DNA from: a candidate division WOR-3 bacterium | GTDB lineage: Bacteria > Hydrothermota > Hydrothermia > JBDRYB01 | Length of the DNA stretch: 64,000 bases | Assembly: GCA_039803205.1 (NCBI GenBank) | Contig: JBDRYB010000002.1 | Coordinates: 1 to 64,000, forward strand | Direction: 5' to 3' | Shown here: in pieces, positions 40,506-50,351 of the stretch | Layout: each line of letters begins with the position of its first letter | Numbering within the stretch: the first letter of the stretch is position 1 | Position numbers and translations under genes: made by a program | The notes under the pieces: generated by a model | Seen by the model: the letters and a program-made list of their open reading frames with translations, nothing else | What the model was told of the DNA's origin: nothing | The model's database searches: none

Positions 40506-41273
40506 TCAGAATTCCCCTATGGTTATCTTGCCTTCAAGCTCCTCCGGGCTCATCTCAGCCGCTCGCTTTACATTAACCGAGACCTCCCGATACCACCTCA
40601 GGATGTCAGCCGCGCCGCCTTCCAGGTTGTGCCTCCCATAATGAACGGGGCAGTTGCTTATGGCCTGGACAAAACCCGTTCCGGCAACGGATATGGCCTT
40701 TTTTATGGCGTTAACCAGATGCCTGTAGTGGTATGTGGTGTATCTGGCGACATAAGCCGCTCCTGCGGCCTTCACGAGCCTGGCCACATCAAAGGAGGGC
40801 CAAGGGTTTCCTTTTGGGGTAGTGGATGTCCTTGCGCCCTGTGGGGTGGTTGGCGAGACCTGGCCTCCGGTCATGGAGTAGTTCATGTTGTCGGCCATTA
40901 CTATGGCCATGTTTATGTTTCGGCGTGCCGCGTGTATGAGATGGTTTCCGCCTATGGAAGCGATGTCCCCGTCACCCCCTATGGCTATAACAGTGAGATC
41001 TGGCCTCGCGAGGGCCAAACCCGTAGCAAAAGCAACGGGCCTCCCGTGGGTTGTGTGGAGGGTATCCGCGTTTATCATGGGAGAGGATATCCATCCTGAA
41101 CAGCCTATCCCGGAGACGAAAACGGTCTTGGTTCTGTCAAGCCCAAGCTCCGAGCAGGCTGTTATTATCGCCCTTAGAACTATGCCGTGGCCACAACCAG
41201 CACAAAAGGGGGTCGGCAGGGCCTCCGCCCTTATCCACTCTCGGACAACAGGATCCCTGACATTCACCTTCAT
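40506..41273 (-). CDS. korB: 2-oxoacid:ferredoxin oxidoreductase beta subunit
   Basis: FCAGCGHG, SGIGCS, HTTHGR, GGDGD TPP motif, MTGGQVSPTT. Confidence 0.93.
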   Translation of the reverse strand: MKVNVRDPVVREWIRAEALPTPFCAGCGHGIVLRAIITACSELGLDRTKTVFVSGIGCSGWISSPMINADTLHTTHGRPVAFATGLALARPDLTVIAIGGDGDIASIGGNHLIHAARRNINMAIVMADNMNYSMTGGQVSPTTPQGARTSTTPKGNPWPSFDVARLVKAAGAAYVARYTTYHYRHLVNAIKKAISVAGTGFVQAISNCPVHYGRHNLEGGAADILRWYREVSVNVKRAAEMSPEELEGKITIGEF

Positions 41274-41370
41274 ATTATCATGCTGGGCCTTTCAGGGTTT
41301 CAACTATTTTTGTTCGTTGCGCCGCGCTCATAGGCTGGACTAAAATTTTGAAGCTCTACGGAGGTTTTTT

Positions 41371-42165
41371 ATGAAAAGGCTAACAGCAAGCGCAGTGCTA
41401 ATGGGACTGGGCCTCCTCCTCTCGTGCGGAGGAGGAGGCGGAGAGGAGGCCGAGAAGAACGGCACCCTCTACGCGGATGTTTGGGATTCTGGTTCTCCCG
41501 ATTCCCTTGACGGAGAGGCTATGCTCTACGCTGATGTGATGGTTGACATCTCGGATCTGACCCTAAAGATAAACGGGGCAGAGCTGGAAAAGGATGTTTG
41601 GGATGACCCGTATCCGAATTTCTTTTTTGGTGGTAGTGTCCCCAAAGCGAACCCATCCAGCCTTTCCTTCACGAGCTCAACCCTCGGGAACGCATCAGCG
41701 AGCGTGAACATTCCGGGTCCTACGAATATAACCAGCCCACAGGACAGCGACACCCTTCCAACAGGCCAGGATGTAGTTATAACCTGGGATGCGGTTTCCT
41801 GCGACTTCTACTGGGTTTATGTGGTTGTTGGTTTCTACGATAGCAACGGAGGCTACCTTGATTGGAAAATCTGGAGCGGATACCCCACAAACGCTACCTA
41901 TACCTTACCAAAGGATTCCCTCTCTTATCCTGGGGCGGCCTACGCCGCAGTTAATTTTGAGTTGTATACTGTGAATGGACCTGTTCCAACCCCAGGAAAC
42001 AAGGGCAACATAACGGGTGATCTCGCCGGATTCTTCTACGGGGTTAACCAGGGTGACTCTGTAGAGTTCTATGTAGGCAACCCAGTGAAGGGACATATCC
42101 CCAGGCTTCACAGAGGCCCTGAGAAAGGAGAGTTCCTCAAGTCCATGAAGGAGCTGATGGAATAG
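41371..42165 (+). CDS. Hypothetical lipoprotein
   Basis: LLLSC lipobox, SD GGAGG, beta-rich body. Confidence 0.75.
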   Translation: MKRLTASAVLMGLGLLLSCGGGGGEEAEKNGTLYADVWDSGSPDSLDGEAMLYADVMVDISDLTLKINGAELEKDVWDDPYPNFFFGGSVPKANPSSLSFTSSTLGNASASVNIPGPTNITSPQDSDTLPTGQDVVITWDAVSCDFYWVYVVVGFYDSNGGYLDWKIWSGYPTNATYTLPKDSLSYPGAAYAAVNFELYTVNGPVPTPGNKGNITGDLAGFFYGVNQGDSVEFYVGNPVKGHIPRLHRGPEKGEFLKSMKELME

Positions 42166-42248
42166 CCCCAAGCGTGCAGTCAGGACAATAGCCTCGGTCG
42201 CTTTCTTGATCGGACACGCGCGATCGGTTATAATTTATTACTGGCACA

Positions 42249-43238
42249 ATGTGGGTTTTTTATTTATGGATAATTTTATCGTTTTTGCTGGGGCTTTTGG
42301 GAACCTGGGGGTTCCTCTGGTTCTCAAGGAGAACAGGGCTTTTCATGGACAGGCCTGCGAGGCGCAAGCTCCACAACGGCAAAATACCGCGGGGCGCTGG
42401 GGTCGTGTTCTACATCCCATTCCTCATTTGGGCCTTCCTTGACCACAACGGCCACAGGTGGCTTTTGCTCCCCGGAACCATACTGCTTGCCCTCGGTGTG
42501 GTTGATGACCTGTGGGGGATGAAGGCCTGGATGAAACTCGTAGCCCAGACAGCAATTGCAGTAATAACTTGGCTCATAGGGTTCAAGATCACCTCGCTTT
42601 CTCTGGGATTTTTCTCTGTCCCGCTTCCTGAGCCAGCCGGCCTAATCTTCACGGCCTTCTTCCTGGTTGGCATGATGAATGCTTTCAACTTCGTGGATGG
42701 TCTTGATGGGCTTGCCGCCTCTCTCGCAATCGTGGCGTTTGTCTCGTTGGCGTATCTCAGCCAAATAGCCGGATACCAGCTCATTTGGTATGGCGCTTTG
42801 ATGATGTCCGCTGTGGTCGCGGGGTTCCTGTTTCTGAACTCCCCGCCCGCGAAGGTCTTCATGGGCGATATGGGCTCTCATTTCATTGGTTATCTCCTGG
42901 GCCTGATGATAATAAGGGTAATGAACACTGACTCCGGATTCCTGGTCATACCCGCGATACTCATCGCGGTTTTCCCCATAATGGACACTTTTTTCGCTAT
43001 AATCCGCAGGGTGAGGCTCAGAGCCCCGCTGTTCCGCGCTGATAGAGGTCACCTGCACCACAAGCTTGCTGATGCCACAAAAAGCATCCGCTTTGCAGTT
43101 TTTGTCCTCTTGGGTGCCAGCATATCCACCTGCATTCTAGGCATAATAACAGCCATGTGGCCCTGGCTTTCCCTTCCGGTTGGAACCGCGGTTTTCGTTG
43201 CAATAATGAGCTGGGGGATGCTCGCTAGGGCGGTCTGA
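42249..43238 (+). CDS. MraY-superfamily (WecA/TagO-like) polyprenyl-phosphate GlcNAc-1-P transferase
   Basis: GVVDD, NAFNFVDGLDGLA, FMGDMGS, DRGHLHH. Confidence 0.9.
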   Translation: MWVFYLWIILSFLLGLLGTWGFLWFSRRTGLFMDRPARRKLHNGKIPRGAGVVFYIPFLIWAFLDHNGHRWLLLPGTILLALGVVDDLWGMKAWMKLVAQTAIAVITWLIGFKITSLSLGFFSVPLPEPAGLIFTAFFLVGMMNAFNFVDGLDGLAASLAIVAFVSLAYLSQIAGYQLIWYGALMMSAVVAGFLFLNSPPAKVFMGDMGSHFIGYLLGLMIIRVMNTDSGFLVIPAILIAVFPIMDTFFAIIRRVRLRAPLFRADRGHLHHKLADATKSIRFAVFVLLGASISTCILGIITAMWPWLSLPVGTAVFVAIMSWGMLARAV

Positions 43239-43254
43239 GGGGATTCTGGCGTTC

Positions 43255-43941
43255 TCATTTTTTTATTACGCTGAAGCTGGTTATGGTTAGGTTCTCATCA
43301 ACCGCTATCCCCACCAGGGGAGCGATCACCTTCCTGGCCTTAGCGCCCGGCTCAAGCGGGTTTGTCTCCTCAATCTCGTAGCAGTGCCATAGGGTTCCGA
43401 TGCCAGTCTCCTGCCCAAAATCCACCCTGGTTATCCTCGCCCTATCCATGGCAATGCCAGGCGCGTTCTCGTTTTGATACTCATACCCGAGCCTTATGCT
43501 GTCAAAAGATGGGAAAAGGATTCCGCCAGTTGCACCTCCTATCCCCGCCTTCCACGAGCCCTCGTGTGAAACTACTTTGCCCCCTTGATATATATCAACA
43601 TCCTCACCGAAATAGGCGATGGAGCCGTCACGGGTGTCATAGGCCAAATAGTTCCTGCTCACCTCCACGAGATTGCCGTCCACCATCTCTCTTTCTTCCA
43701 CAACCCTGCATCTTACTCCGGCCACCTCAACCACATCCGAGAGGACGGTTATCTGAAGGACGACTCCCTCGCCCGTGAGGACGGCCTGGACCCCCGGAAC
43801 GAGGGCAAAATAGGGATTCACGCCCCAATCCCTGTATGCTTCCTGGGCACAAACCCTCGGAGAATACCGCTGGGATGGTGGCCTCGGGCATCCCAGGAGC
43901 AAGATAACACCAAACAAAAGAGATTTAGAAAGATCTTTCAT
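43255..43941 (-). CDS. Hypothetical lipoprotein
   Basis: LLLGC lipobox; VEEREMVDGNLVEVSRNYLA, YFGEDVD. Confidence 0.75.
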   Translation of the reverse strand: MKDLSKSLLFGVILLLGCPRPPSQRYSPRVCAQEAYRDWGVNPYFALVPGVQAVLTGEGVVLQITVLSDVVEVAGVRCRVVEEREMVDGNLVEVSRNYLAYDTRDGSIAYFGEDVDIYQGGKVVSHEGSWKAGIGGATGGILFPSFDSIRLGYEYQNENAPGIAMDRARITRVDFGQETGIGTLWHCYEIEETNPLEPGAKARKVIAPLVGIAVDENLTITSFSVIKK

Positions 43942-44077
43942 ATGCTCCAGAATTATAACCCGCCATGTGGGTGGATTTCACCTGCAGAATGCTTCGCCAT
44001 TTGCTTTGATCCCCCGCGCATCTTTGCCCCATAATATTGAGGTTGAGCTGGTTGAAGGGTCTCAGAAACACTCAGCG

Positions 44078-44105
44078 GGAACAATTTCCTGGGGGAGGGG
44101 TCTAA
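44078..44105 (+). promoter_or_regulatory. ECF (sigmaE-type) promoter motif
   Basis: GGAAC-N17-GTCTAA directly before the ECF sigma gene. Confidence 0.5.
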
Positions 44106-44106
44106 T

Positions 44107-44622
44107 TTGACGGATCTGGAGCGTGAGCGCCTGTTTGAGGAACTTGTGGAGGAATATATGGAAAGGATATATAACCTCTGCTACTACATGACCGGGGACG
44201 CTGAGGCGGCCCGGGAGCTCACCCAGGAGTCGTTTCTCAGGGCATACAAGGCCCTCGGCGGCTTCCGCGGGGAGAGCTCGGTCTACACCTGGCTCTACAA
44301 GATAGCCCTCAACAGATGCAGGACATACCTGAAAAAGAGAGGAAGGGAGAAGAACGTTTCCCTTGATGAATTGCACGATGCGGGCTGGGACCCAGCCGAG
44401 GACCCCCCGGACAACCTAATGGATATTATGGCTGTTAGAAGGGCACTCACAATGTTGCCCCCCGAGCACAGGGAAATACTCCTTCTTTTTTACTTTGATG
44501 AGATGAAATACGAGGAGATAGCTGAAGCATTGGACATACCTATGGGAACAGTGAAGTCCAGGCTTTCCAGAGCAAAAGCCGCTCTGAAGGAGGCGCTTGG
44601 ATATGGCGCAGAGGATGAGTGA
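44107..44622 (+). CDS. ECF RNA polymerase sigma factor
   Basis: ELTQESFLRAY, FRGESSVYTWLYKIALN, YEEIAEALDIPMGTVKSRLSRA. Confidence 0.95.
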   Translation: MTDLERERLFEELVEEYMERIYNLCYYMTGDAEAARELTQESFLRAYKALGGFRGESSVYTWLYKIALNRCRTYLKKRGREKNVSLDELHDAGWDPAEDPPDNLMDIMAVRRALTMLPPEHREILLLFYFDEMKYEEIAEALDIPMGTVKSRLSRAKAALKEALGYGAEDE

Positions 44623-45082
44623 TGAGCGGATTGAAAGGGCGCTGAGGGGTATGCCCAGACTCAGTGCCCCTCCTGGCCTTAAGCGCGAGATATACGCGAG
44701 GGCGAGGTCTCTGAGCTCCAGAAGGAAATGGCTCTGGGCTCTGAGCCCCCTGCCCGTTGCCGCGGCCATCGGCGTTCTCGTTGCCGTGCTACTGAACATC
44801 GGAAGGCTTAAGCCCACGCCAACCCGCCTCCCCCAGGAGCCTCTCGTGGTCGCGCCCGCGGACGGAGAGGTTCTCTTCCCGGACGAGGTTGAGTTCATGA
44901 CCTATGGTGGTGAAGGAAGGGTTGAGCTGGATGGGATCCCCATCACGGGCACTCAGCATACCTCCGAACCAGGCGCTTTCATTTACATCCCGCAGGACCT
45001 TGAGCCAGGCTACCACAAAGTTGTCATAGAGATAGACGGAAAGAGGGTTGAGGCCTCTTTTTATGTGGAGGAATCGGAATGA
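44603..45082 (+). CDS. Probable single-TM anti-sigma factor with small Ig-like periplasmic domain
   Basis: Overlaps sigma gene; SAPPGLK, one TM, LEPGYHKV. Confidence 0.7.
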   Translation: MAQRMSDERIERALRGMPRLSAPPGLKREIYARARSLSSRRKWLWALSPLPVAAAIGVLVAVLLNIGRLKPTPTRLPQEPLVVAPADGEVLFPDEVEFMTYGGEGRVELDGIPITGTQHTSEPGAFIYIPQDLEPGYHKVVIEIDGKRVEASFYVEESE

Positions 45083-46239
45083 TAGAGGCCCTTCTTGGAT
45101 TCATATTGGTTCAGACAAACCCAACCGAGTTGGAGCTGGAATCTGGCCAGAGCGAGCAGATTGAGGTGGTTGCCGCAACAATGACGGGCAGGATTGAGGG
45201 TTTTGAGCTCATCACGAGGGTGATACCCGAGGAAAGGGGCTATTTCTCTGGGGGGATTTTCGTGGCTGGTGAGCCTGGGCTCGGTATAATCATATTTGAG
45301 GTTAGATACAAGGATCAGGTTGGCATAAAGGCTGTTCCGGTGAGGGTAAAGGATGTTCAGGAGGGGCTTTCTCCAAAAGAGGCAGTGCTTTCAGTCGGGG
45401 ATACCTTGATATTCTCTGTTAAGCAGGGAACCCCGGAGGTCTGGCGAGTGATGCCGCCGTGGCTTGGAACCATAGAGGACGGGGTGTTCGTGGCGGAGAA
45501 TCCCGGCAGGGGGGTAGTAACCCTGAAGACTGATGCTGGCTTTCATAAAGCGAAGATAGTGATAGAGGGACCAGAATCTGAAGCTGGTGTCCTTCAGCCC
45601 TCTGAGGTCGTGCTCTTTCCTGGGGAAGGGGTCAGCTTTGCCGTTTCATCATCCGCCGTGCTTTCGGTTGATCCTCCTGATCTCGGAAAGGCTGAGAAGG
45701 GAAGGTTCATAGCCAGGAGGCCTGGCAACGGCCTCATATGGGCAACATGGGAAGAGGGCGGAAAACGCAAGACAGCTAAGTCCTTTGTGAGGGTCCTGCC
45801 CGCCATCTTCCTCAAGCCCGGCGAGAGCATGGAACTGCCCCTACCAGGAAAGGCCAAGAGGGCAACGGTTGAGGTATCCGGCAAGGGCCTCACGGCAGAG
45901 GTCGCCTCAGGAACACTTATCCTTTCCGCTACGGAAAAGGGCTACGGAACCATAACCCTACGCAGAGGAGAGGGCAAAAACAGAAGGGTGATGCCCTACA
46001 TAGTTGCCGAGAAGCTCGTGAGCATAGGGCCGAGAGAGGTCTCCCTCTCGGTGGGCATGGACTTCAAGCCTCAGGCGCCCGAGAAGGGTTTCACCTTCAC
46101 GGTAGTTCCCCCTGAGGCAGGCTGGATGGAGGGCGATGTTTTTAGGGCAGGGGACTGGAGAGGTGAGGCCTGGCTCATTGGGGTGAAGGCCAACTGCGAG
46201 TCAGGCGGATTCGTTCACCTTATAATAGCGCCTAAGTAA
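45079..46239 (+). CDS. Exported protein with repeated Ig-like (Big_2-like) modules
   Basis: Repeats of PxxxGxxxxGxFxAxxPGxG; ATGA-coupled. Confidence 0.65.
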   Translation: MIEALLGFILVQTNPTELELESGQSEQIEVVAATMTGRIEGFELITRVIPEERGYFSGGIFVAGEPGLGIIIFEVRYKDQVGIKAVPVRVKDVQEGLSPKEAVLSVGDTLIFSVKQGTPEVWRVMPPWLGTIEDGVFVAENPGRGVVTLKTDAGFHKAKIVIEGPESEAGVLQPSEVVLFPGEGVSFAVSSSAVLSVDPPDLGKAEKGRFIARRPGNGLIWATWEEGGKRKTAKSFVRVLPAIFLKPGESMELPLPGKAKRATVEVSGKGLTAEVASGTLILSATEKGYGTITLRRGEGKNRRVMPYIVAEKLVSIGPREVSLSVGMDFKPQAPEKGFTFTVVPPEAGWMEGDVFRAGDWRGEAWLIGVKANCESGGFVHLIIAPK

Positions 46240-47787
46240 TCACAGCTCAACTACCTCCCCCGGTTCCCTCACGGAGCAACACTTCACATTTTCCTTGAAA
46301 AATCCCCAGTTTTCCGTGTGAATTGGGATCACCTCTTTTGGAGAAATGGCCTCTATTATCCTGATGAGCTCATCGCCGGATGCGTGGCCCGACGCGTGCA
46401 GGGGGTCCCTTGGATCCGCTTCCGGATCCCCGATCATGGTTATGCCAAAGAATTCAAGCCACCTTCTGAGCCTTTCCAGGTCCCACTCCTGCTCCTCTGA
46501 GTGGGGCTCTGATGTGGAGTATATGTGGATGCCTCCAGCAAAACCCGGTATGTCCAAAAGTCTATTTATGACCCAATAACGAAACGAGAGCAGGTAATCC
46601 CCTATGTTTCTGGTTATCTCCTGAGGGGTCACCATCTTCTCAGGGAATCTTTTAAACAGGCTCTTTTCCCAGCCTTTGGGGTTGGATTTTTCGTCCTGAT
46701 ATATGAGCACATCTTCAAGGGCCTCATTTAGCTCAGGATCGGATACGGCTATGGCTGAGGCCGTATAGTAATCCTGAGGCATGAGGACGAGCCTCCTACC
46801 CGTTTCCACGGCCGCGCGAGCGAATGTGATGAGCCTCTGAGGGTGACGGAGGGGAAACTCCGCGTTGACCCCCTTGCCGTTCGCTGCTCTCACCACCTCA
46901 AAGGCCCTATTGAATACATCTTCTTCGCTCATGGTTCCTGATTCCCCTACCCTCGTCCCCTCTATTAGAAGGGCCCTTATCGGGGAAAGCTTGGCCGCTT
47001 CCTCAACAAAACGCTCTGTCTTTCCGCCAGCGTATCCGTGAAATCTGATGTCTCCGGTGTAGACTATCCACCCTGCGGATGTCTCTATCCCAAAAGCCAC
47101 GGCCCCCGGCGCTGAGTGATCCACAGGCCATGATCTTATCCGGAACGGCCCAGCCCTGAAATCCGTTCCGACGGGCTCAGCATCGGTAGGCTCGGGTTTC
47201 GCATCTGAGAGGCAGAGATCGCGCCAGAATCCCATGAACTCATCAGAAACCTCGTCAGCAAAAACCCTCCACGGCCTCCATATAGCGAGTTTCTCTCCCT
47301 CCCCCTTATTTTTCGGTATCTTCACGACCCATTCCCTGCGGCACCTCGGCCTCGTGTAGGCTATCTCCTTCTCCATCTTGTCCGATTGGACATCCTGCGA
47401 TGCCTTCGTTGTTAGCGCGCATCCCGGAGACCCGTAAAACGGGATATCATCTCTCAGGAAGCTAGCGAGGCCAGTGTGATCAAAGTGGGGATGGGAGAAA
47501 AGGGCGGCCTCTATTTTGATGCCCAAATCCGGCATATCCTTTAGTCCAGGGTGATCTATAAATAAGTCATCCCTGTAAAGGTCTCGGTAGGGTGGAAGGA
47601 GGCCGGTCAGTATGTAATCCAATAGCCCCCTAGGGGCTCTTGGCTTCAGGAACTCCTCAAAGAAAAGCCCGAACCTCGCGTAGTTCAGGCCGAAATCAAG
47701 GATGACTCCCCTGCGGTCCTCCTCAAGGACCATCTTTGTCCCGCCTATTGTTCTCGCACCATCAAGGATGTGAAGTCTCGTTGCCAT
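46240..47787 (-). CDS. Metallo-beta-lactamase/beta-CASP nuclease, RNase J-like
   Basis: TIGGTK, LDFG, SHPHFDH, VDHS, YTGD, HASGHA, IPIHTE. Confidence 0.85.
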   Translation of the reverse strand: MATRLHILDGARTIGGTKMVLEEDRRGVILDFGLNYARFGLFFEEFLKPRAPRGLLDYILTGLLPPYRDLYRDDLFIDHPGLKDMPDLGIKIEAALFSHPHFDHTGLASFLRDDIPFYGSPGCALTTKASQDVQSDKMEKEIAYTRPRCRREWVVKIPKNKGEGEKLAIWRPWRVFADEVSDEFMGFWRDLCLSDAKPEPTDAEPVGTDFRAGPFRIRSWPVDHSAPGAVAFGIETSAGWIVYTGDIRFHGYAGGKTERFVEEAAKLSPIRALLIEGTRVGESGTMSEEDVFNRAFEVVRAANGKGVNAEFPLRHPQRLITFARAAVETGRRLVLMPQDYYTASAIAVSDPELNEALEDVLIYQDEKSNPKGWEKSLFKRFPEKMVTPQEITRNIGDYLLSFRYWVINRLLDIPGFAGGIHIYSTSEPHSEEQEWDLERLRRWLEFFGITMIGDPEADPRDPLHASGHASGDELIRIIEAISPKEVIPIHTENWGFFKENVKCCSVREPGEVVEL

Positions 47788-47869
47788 GGCGAGATTATAA
47801 TGCCCAGGGACAAAAATTAGCAAAATGAGATGTGGCTCTGGCCCATATCAGAGCTTCAAAATATGAGAA

Positions 47870-48937
47870 GTGGCGAGGAGGCAAAGGAAGAAACTGGAAG
47901 GCATATTGGGATGGATAACCTTGTTTGTTCTCCTCGCGGTTATCGCCTCGTTCCTCTCGCCCTTGGGGAAGCGGGTCTATTACCAGCTCGGCCGAGAAAA
48001 AAGGGTCTCAGGACCATTCTGGGAGATATACTTCACGAGCCAGACGAAACCCGAGCTCAGGCTCGTAGAGCTTATACACGGCGCGAAAAGGGAGGCTCAC
48101 TTGGCGTATTACGAGATGGACAACCCGGATGTGATAACCGCTCTCCTGTCTAGAAATAAGGAAATAGAGATAAAGGTTATCACGGAGACCAATAACTCAG
48201 ACAGCTGGGGCGTGTCCAGGCTCAGGGATGCTGGGGTTCCGGTCAAAACCGATGACAGGAACCCGCTGATGCACAATAAGTTCGCCGTGATAGACGACTC
48301 CGTGGTCTGGACGGGGAGTTACAACCTAACGGAGCGAGGGGCAAAGCTGAACTACGACAATGTCATAATCCTTTTCTCGCCCGCTCTGGCAAGGAATTAC
48401 GAGGCAGAGTTCTCGGAGATGTGGGATGGGAGGTTTGGGGCCGGTTCCCCGAGAAACACGGATTGCTGTTTCAGGATCGATTCGGTTGAGATAGAGAACT
48501 ACTTTGCGCCGGAGGACGGGGTAAGGGGCCACTTGATCTCCGAGATAAGCCTAGCGAGAAGAGAGATAAGGTTCATGGTCTATTCTTTCACGGACAAGGC
48601 AATGGCAGAGGCGCTGATAAAAAAGCAGGGAGAGGGTGTAGCAGTTGAGGGCATACTCAACCGGGATCAGATAAAGGATGAGAACTCCGTTTGGACCAAG
48701 CTGAGCGAGGCCGGGGTCCCGGTTTATTTTCCGAAGGAGAGAACCCTTCACCACAAGGTCATGATAATAGATTCCTCTGTGGTGATAACGGGGAGCTTCA
48801 ATTTCACCAAGTCCGCCAACACGAAAAACGACGAGAACATCCTGATAATCCGATCGCCTGATATAGCCAGGGCATACCTTGAGGAATACGAAAGGGTGAA
48901 GGAGAAATCTGGCCCTGCTGAGATAGCGGGGAGGTAA
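47870..48937 (+). CDS. Membrane-anchored phospholipase D-family (Nuc-like) protein with two HKD motifs
   Basis: HNKFAVID...TGSYN and HHKVMIID...TGSFN; N-terminal TM. Confidence 0.9.
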   Translation: MARRQRKKLEGILGWITLFVLLAVIASFLSPLGKRVYYQLGREKRVSGPFWEIYFTSQTKPELRLVELIHGAKREAHLAYYEMDNPDVITALLSRNKEIEIKVITETNNSDSWGVSRLRDAGVPVKTDDRNPLMHNKFAVIDDSVVWTGSYNLTERGAKLNYDNVIILFSPALARNYEAEFSEMWDGRFGAGSPRNTDCCFRIDSVEIENYFAPEDGVRGHLISEISLARREIRFMVYSFTDKAMAEALIKKQGEGVAVEGILNRDQIKDENSVWTKLSEAGVPVYFPKERTLHHKVMIIDSSVVITGSFNFTKSANTKNDENILIIRSPDIARAYLEEYERVKEKSGPAEIAGR

Positions 48938-48950
48938 GTGGGTTTATCTA

Positions 48951-49643
48951 TTATGCCTTCCTTATGCTGACCTTTCCTGCCCTGCCCCGGACAGTTGCCT
49001 GAGGCGCGGACGGGTCTTCTATGCCTTCATCAACGAAAACCCCGCAGGCGCTGACCTCCTCCTTGATGATGTGCATTTTCCTCTCCTTGGGCACGAGGAG
49101 CTCTATCTTTCCCGCGCTCACATCAAGGCTCAGGACACCGGGCTCGGCCGAAAGTGCCACCTCAACCTTTCCAGCGCTACAGGACACAGTTCCCTCGCGA
49201 AGCCCTCTGAGCTCTGCCTTGCCAGCAGAACAGGTTATATCGGTTATTGGTGGGACCTCACCCTCAGCCTTTCCCGCGGACAGCTCAAGCCGAAGGCTCC
49301 TCTCAGCAGGTATGCGTATCTTTGCCCTTGCCATGTTGAGCCTAAGCCCATCGCTCGTCTCCTCAACGGAACCCAGCTCATCTAGCCACGCCTCCACTTT
49401 TACCCTGTCCTCTTCCCAGAGGGAAAGCTCTGCCTTTGAGGCAGAGATAGCCAGAGCAAAACCATCCCTTCCTGGAAGCTCCCTTTCCACGAAACCGGCC
49501 TCAGCTTTTCTGCCCACGAATATCCCCACCCTGTGTTCATGGGCTTTCAGGGATTCTAGCGCTGAGAGCAATCTCTCCGCTTCGTCCGCTGTTATTTTGC
49601 CCTCCTCAACCATCCTGAGGATCCTCAAGACCTCCTCTTTCAT
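48951..49643 (-). CDS. SHOCT-like N-terminus plus adhesin/DUF4097-like repeats
   Basis: ILRMVEEGKITADEAERLL; repeated SAGK units. Confidence 0.7.
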   Translation of the reverse strand: MKEEVLRILRMVEEGKITADEAERLLSALESLKAHEHRVGIFVGRKAEAGFVERELPGRDGFALAISASKAELSLWEEDRVKVEAWLDELGSVEETSDGLRLNMARAKIRIPAERSLRLELSAGKAEGEVPPITDITCSAGKAELRGLREGTVSCSAGKVEVALSAEPGVLSLDVSAGKIELLVPKERKMHIIKEEVSACGVFVDEGIEDPSAPQATVRGRAGKVSIRKA

Positions 49644-49644
49644 C

Positions 49645-49938
49645 TCATCCTCCCCTGAGCCTGCGTTCAGCCTCCTCAGCTGTTATCCTTCCTTCTTCAA
49701 GATCTCTGAGGATCTCCGCCCTGTTCACCCCTCTTTCGGCCGGCCTTCTCCTCGAGCGCCTTCGGATTATTCTGATTATCTCACCCATGAGGCTGAGTGC
49801 GCCCAGGGCTATCAGTATCCAAGGCCAGTCGCGTGCCCAATTCCAGCTCAGGACCCCGAGATTCGCGAGCCATATCAAGGCCCCGACAGCGATCAGCGTG
49901 ATGGCAAACCATATCCCTACCATACTAAACCTCCTCAT
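49645..49938 (-). CDS. LiaF/DUF5668-like two-TM protein with SHOCT-like tail
   Basis: LIAVGALIWLANLG, WPWILIALG, EEGRITAEEA. Confidence 0.7.
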   Translation of the reverse strand: MRRFSMVGIWFAITLIAVGALIWLANLGVLSWNWARDWPWILIALGALSLMGEIIRIIRRRSRRRPAERGVNRAEILRDLEEGRITAEEAERRLRGG

Positions 49939-50297
49939 TCAACCCTTATTATGACCAGTTCGCCCTCATCTCCCTCAACCCTGAGAACCTCTCCCTCTGT
50001 TTCCTCGTTTATGGACGAGAGGATTTCTTCAAGGTTGAGCTCCATCCCGTTTATCGTCGCCTTGGCATCAGATGGGATGAAACGGCTCGCGGCCTTGAGA
50101 AGGCCCGCTGGAATCTTTATGTGGGCCCTCGTTTCATCATCCGGATCCTCCACATGGATGACCAGGTATTTGGCCCTTTTGCCGGGGCGCGGGGACTCCC
50201 CTGTATCCCCCAAGGCATCAAGGAGCCGGGCGGCCTCCTCCGCGTTTATCTTTCCCGCCTCCAGCATGTCCAGTATCCTTTTTCTTTCTTCCCTCAT
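49935..50297 (-). CDS. SHOCT-like domain protein
   Basis: EERKRILDMLEAGKINAEEAARLLDAL; SD GGAGG. Confidence 0.75.
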   Translation of the reverse strand: MREERKRILDMLEAGKINAEEAARLLDALGDTGESPRPGKRAKYLVIHVEDPDDETRAHIKIPAGLLKAASRFIPSDAKATINGMELNLEEILSSINEETEGEVLRVEGDEGELVIIRVE

Positions 50298-50322
50298 ATC
50301 AGCCTCCGTGGCTAGTCCGAAT

Positions 50323-50351
50323 ATTATAACCGAAACCTCATGGATTGTCAA
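50323..50351 (-). promoter_or_regulatory. Consensus sigma70 promoter of the SHOCT operon
   Basis: TTGACA-N17-TATAAT, exact consensus. Confidence 0.8.
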
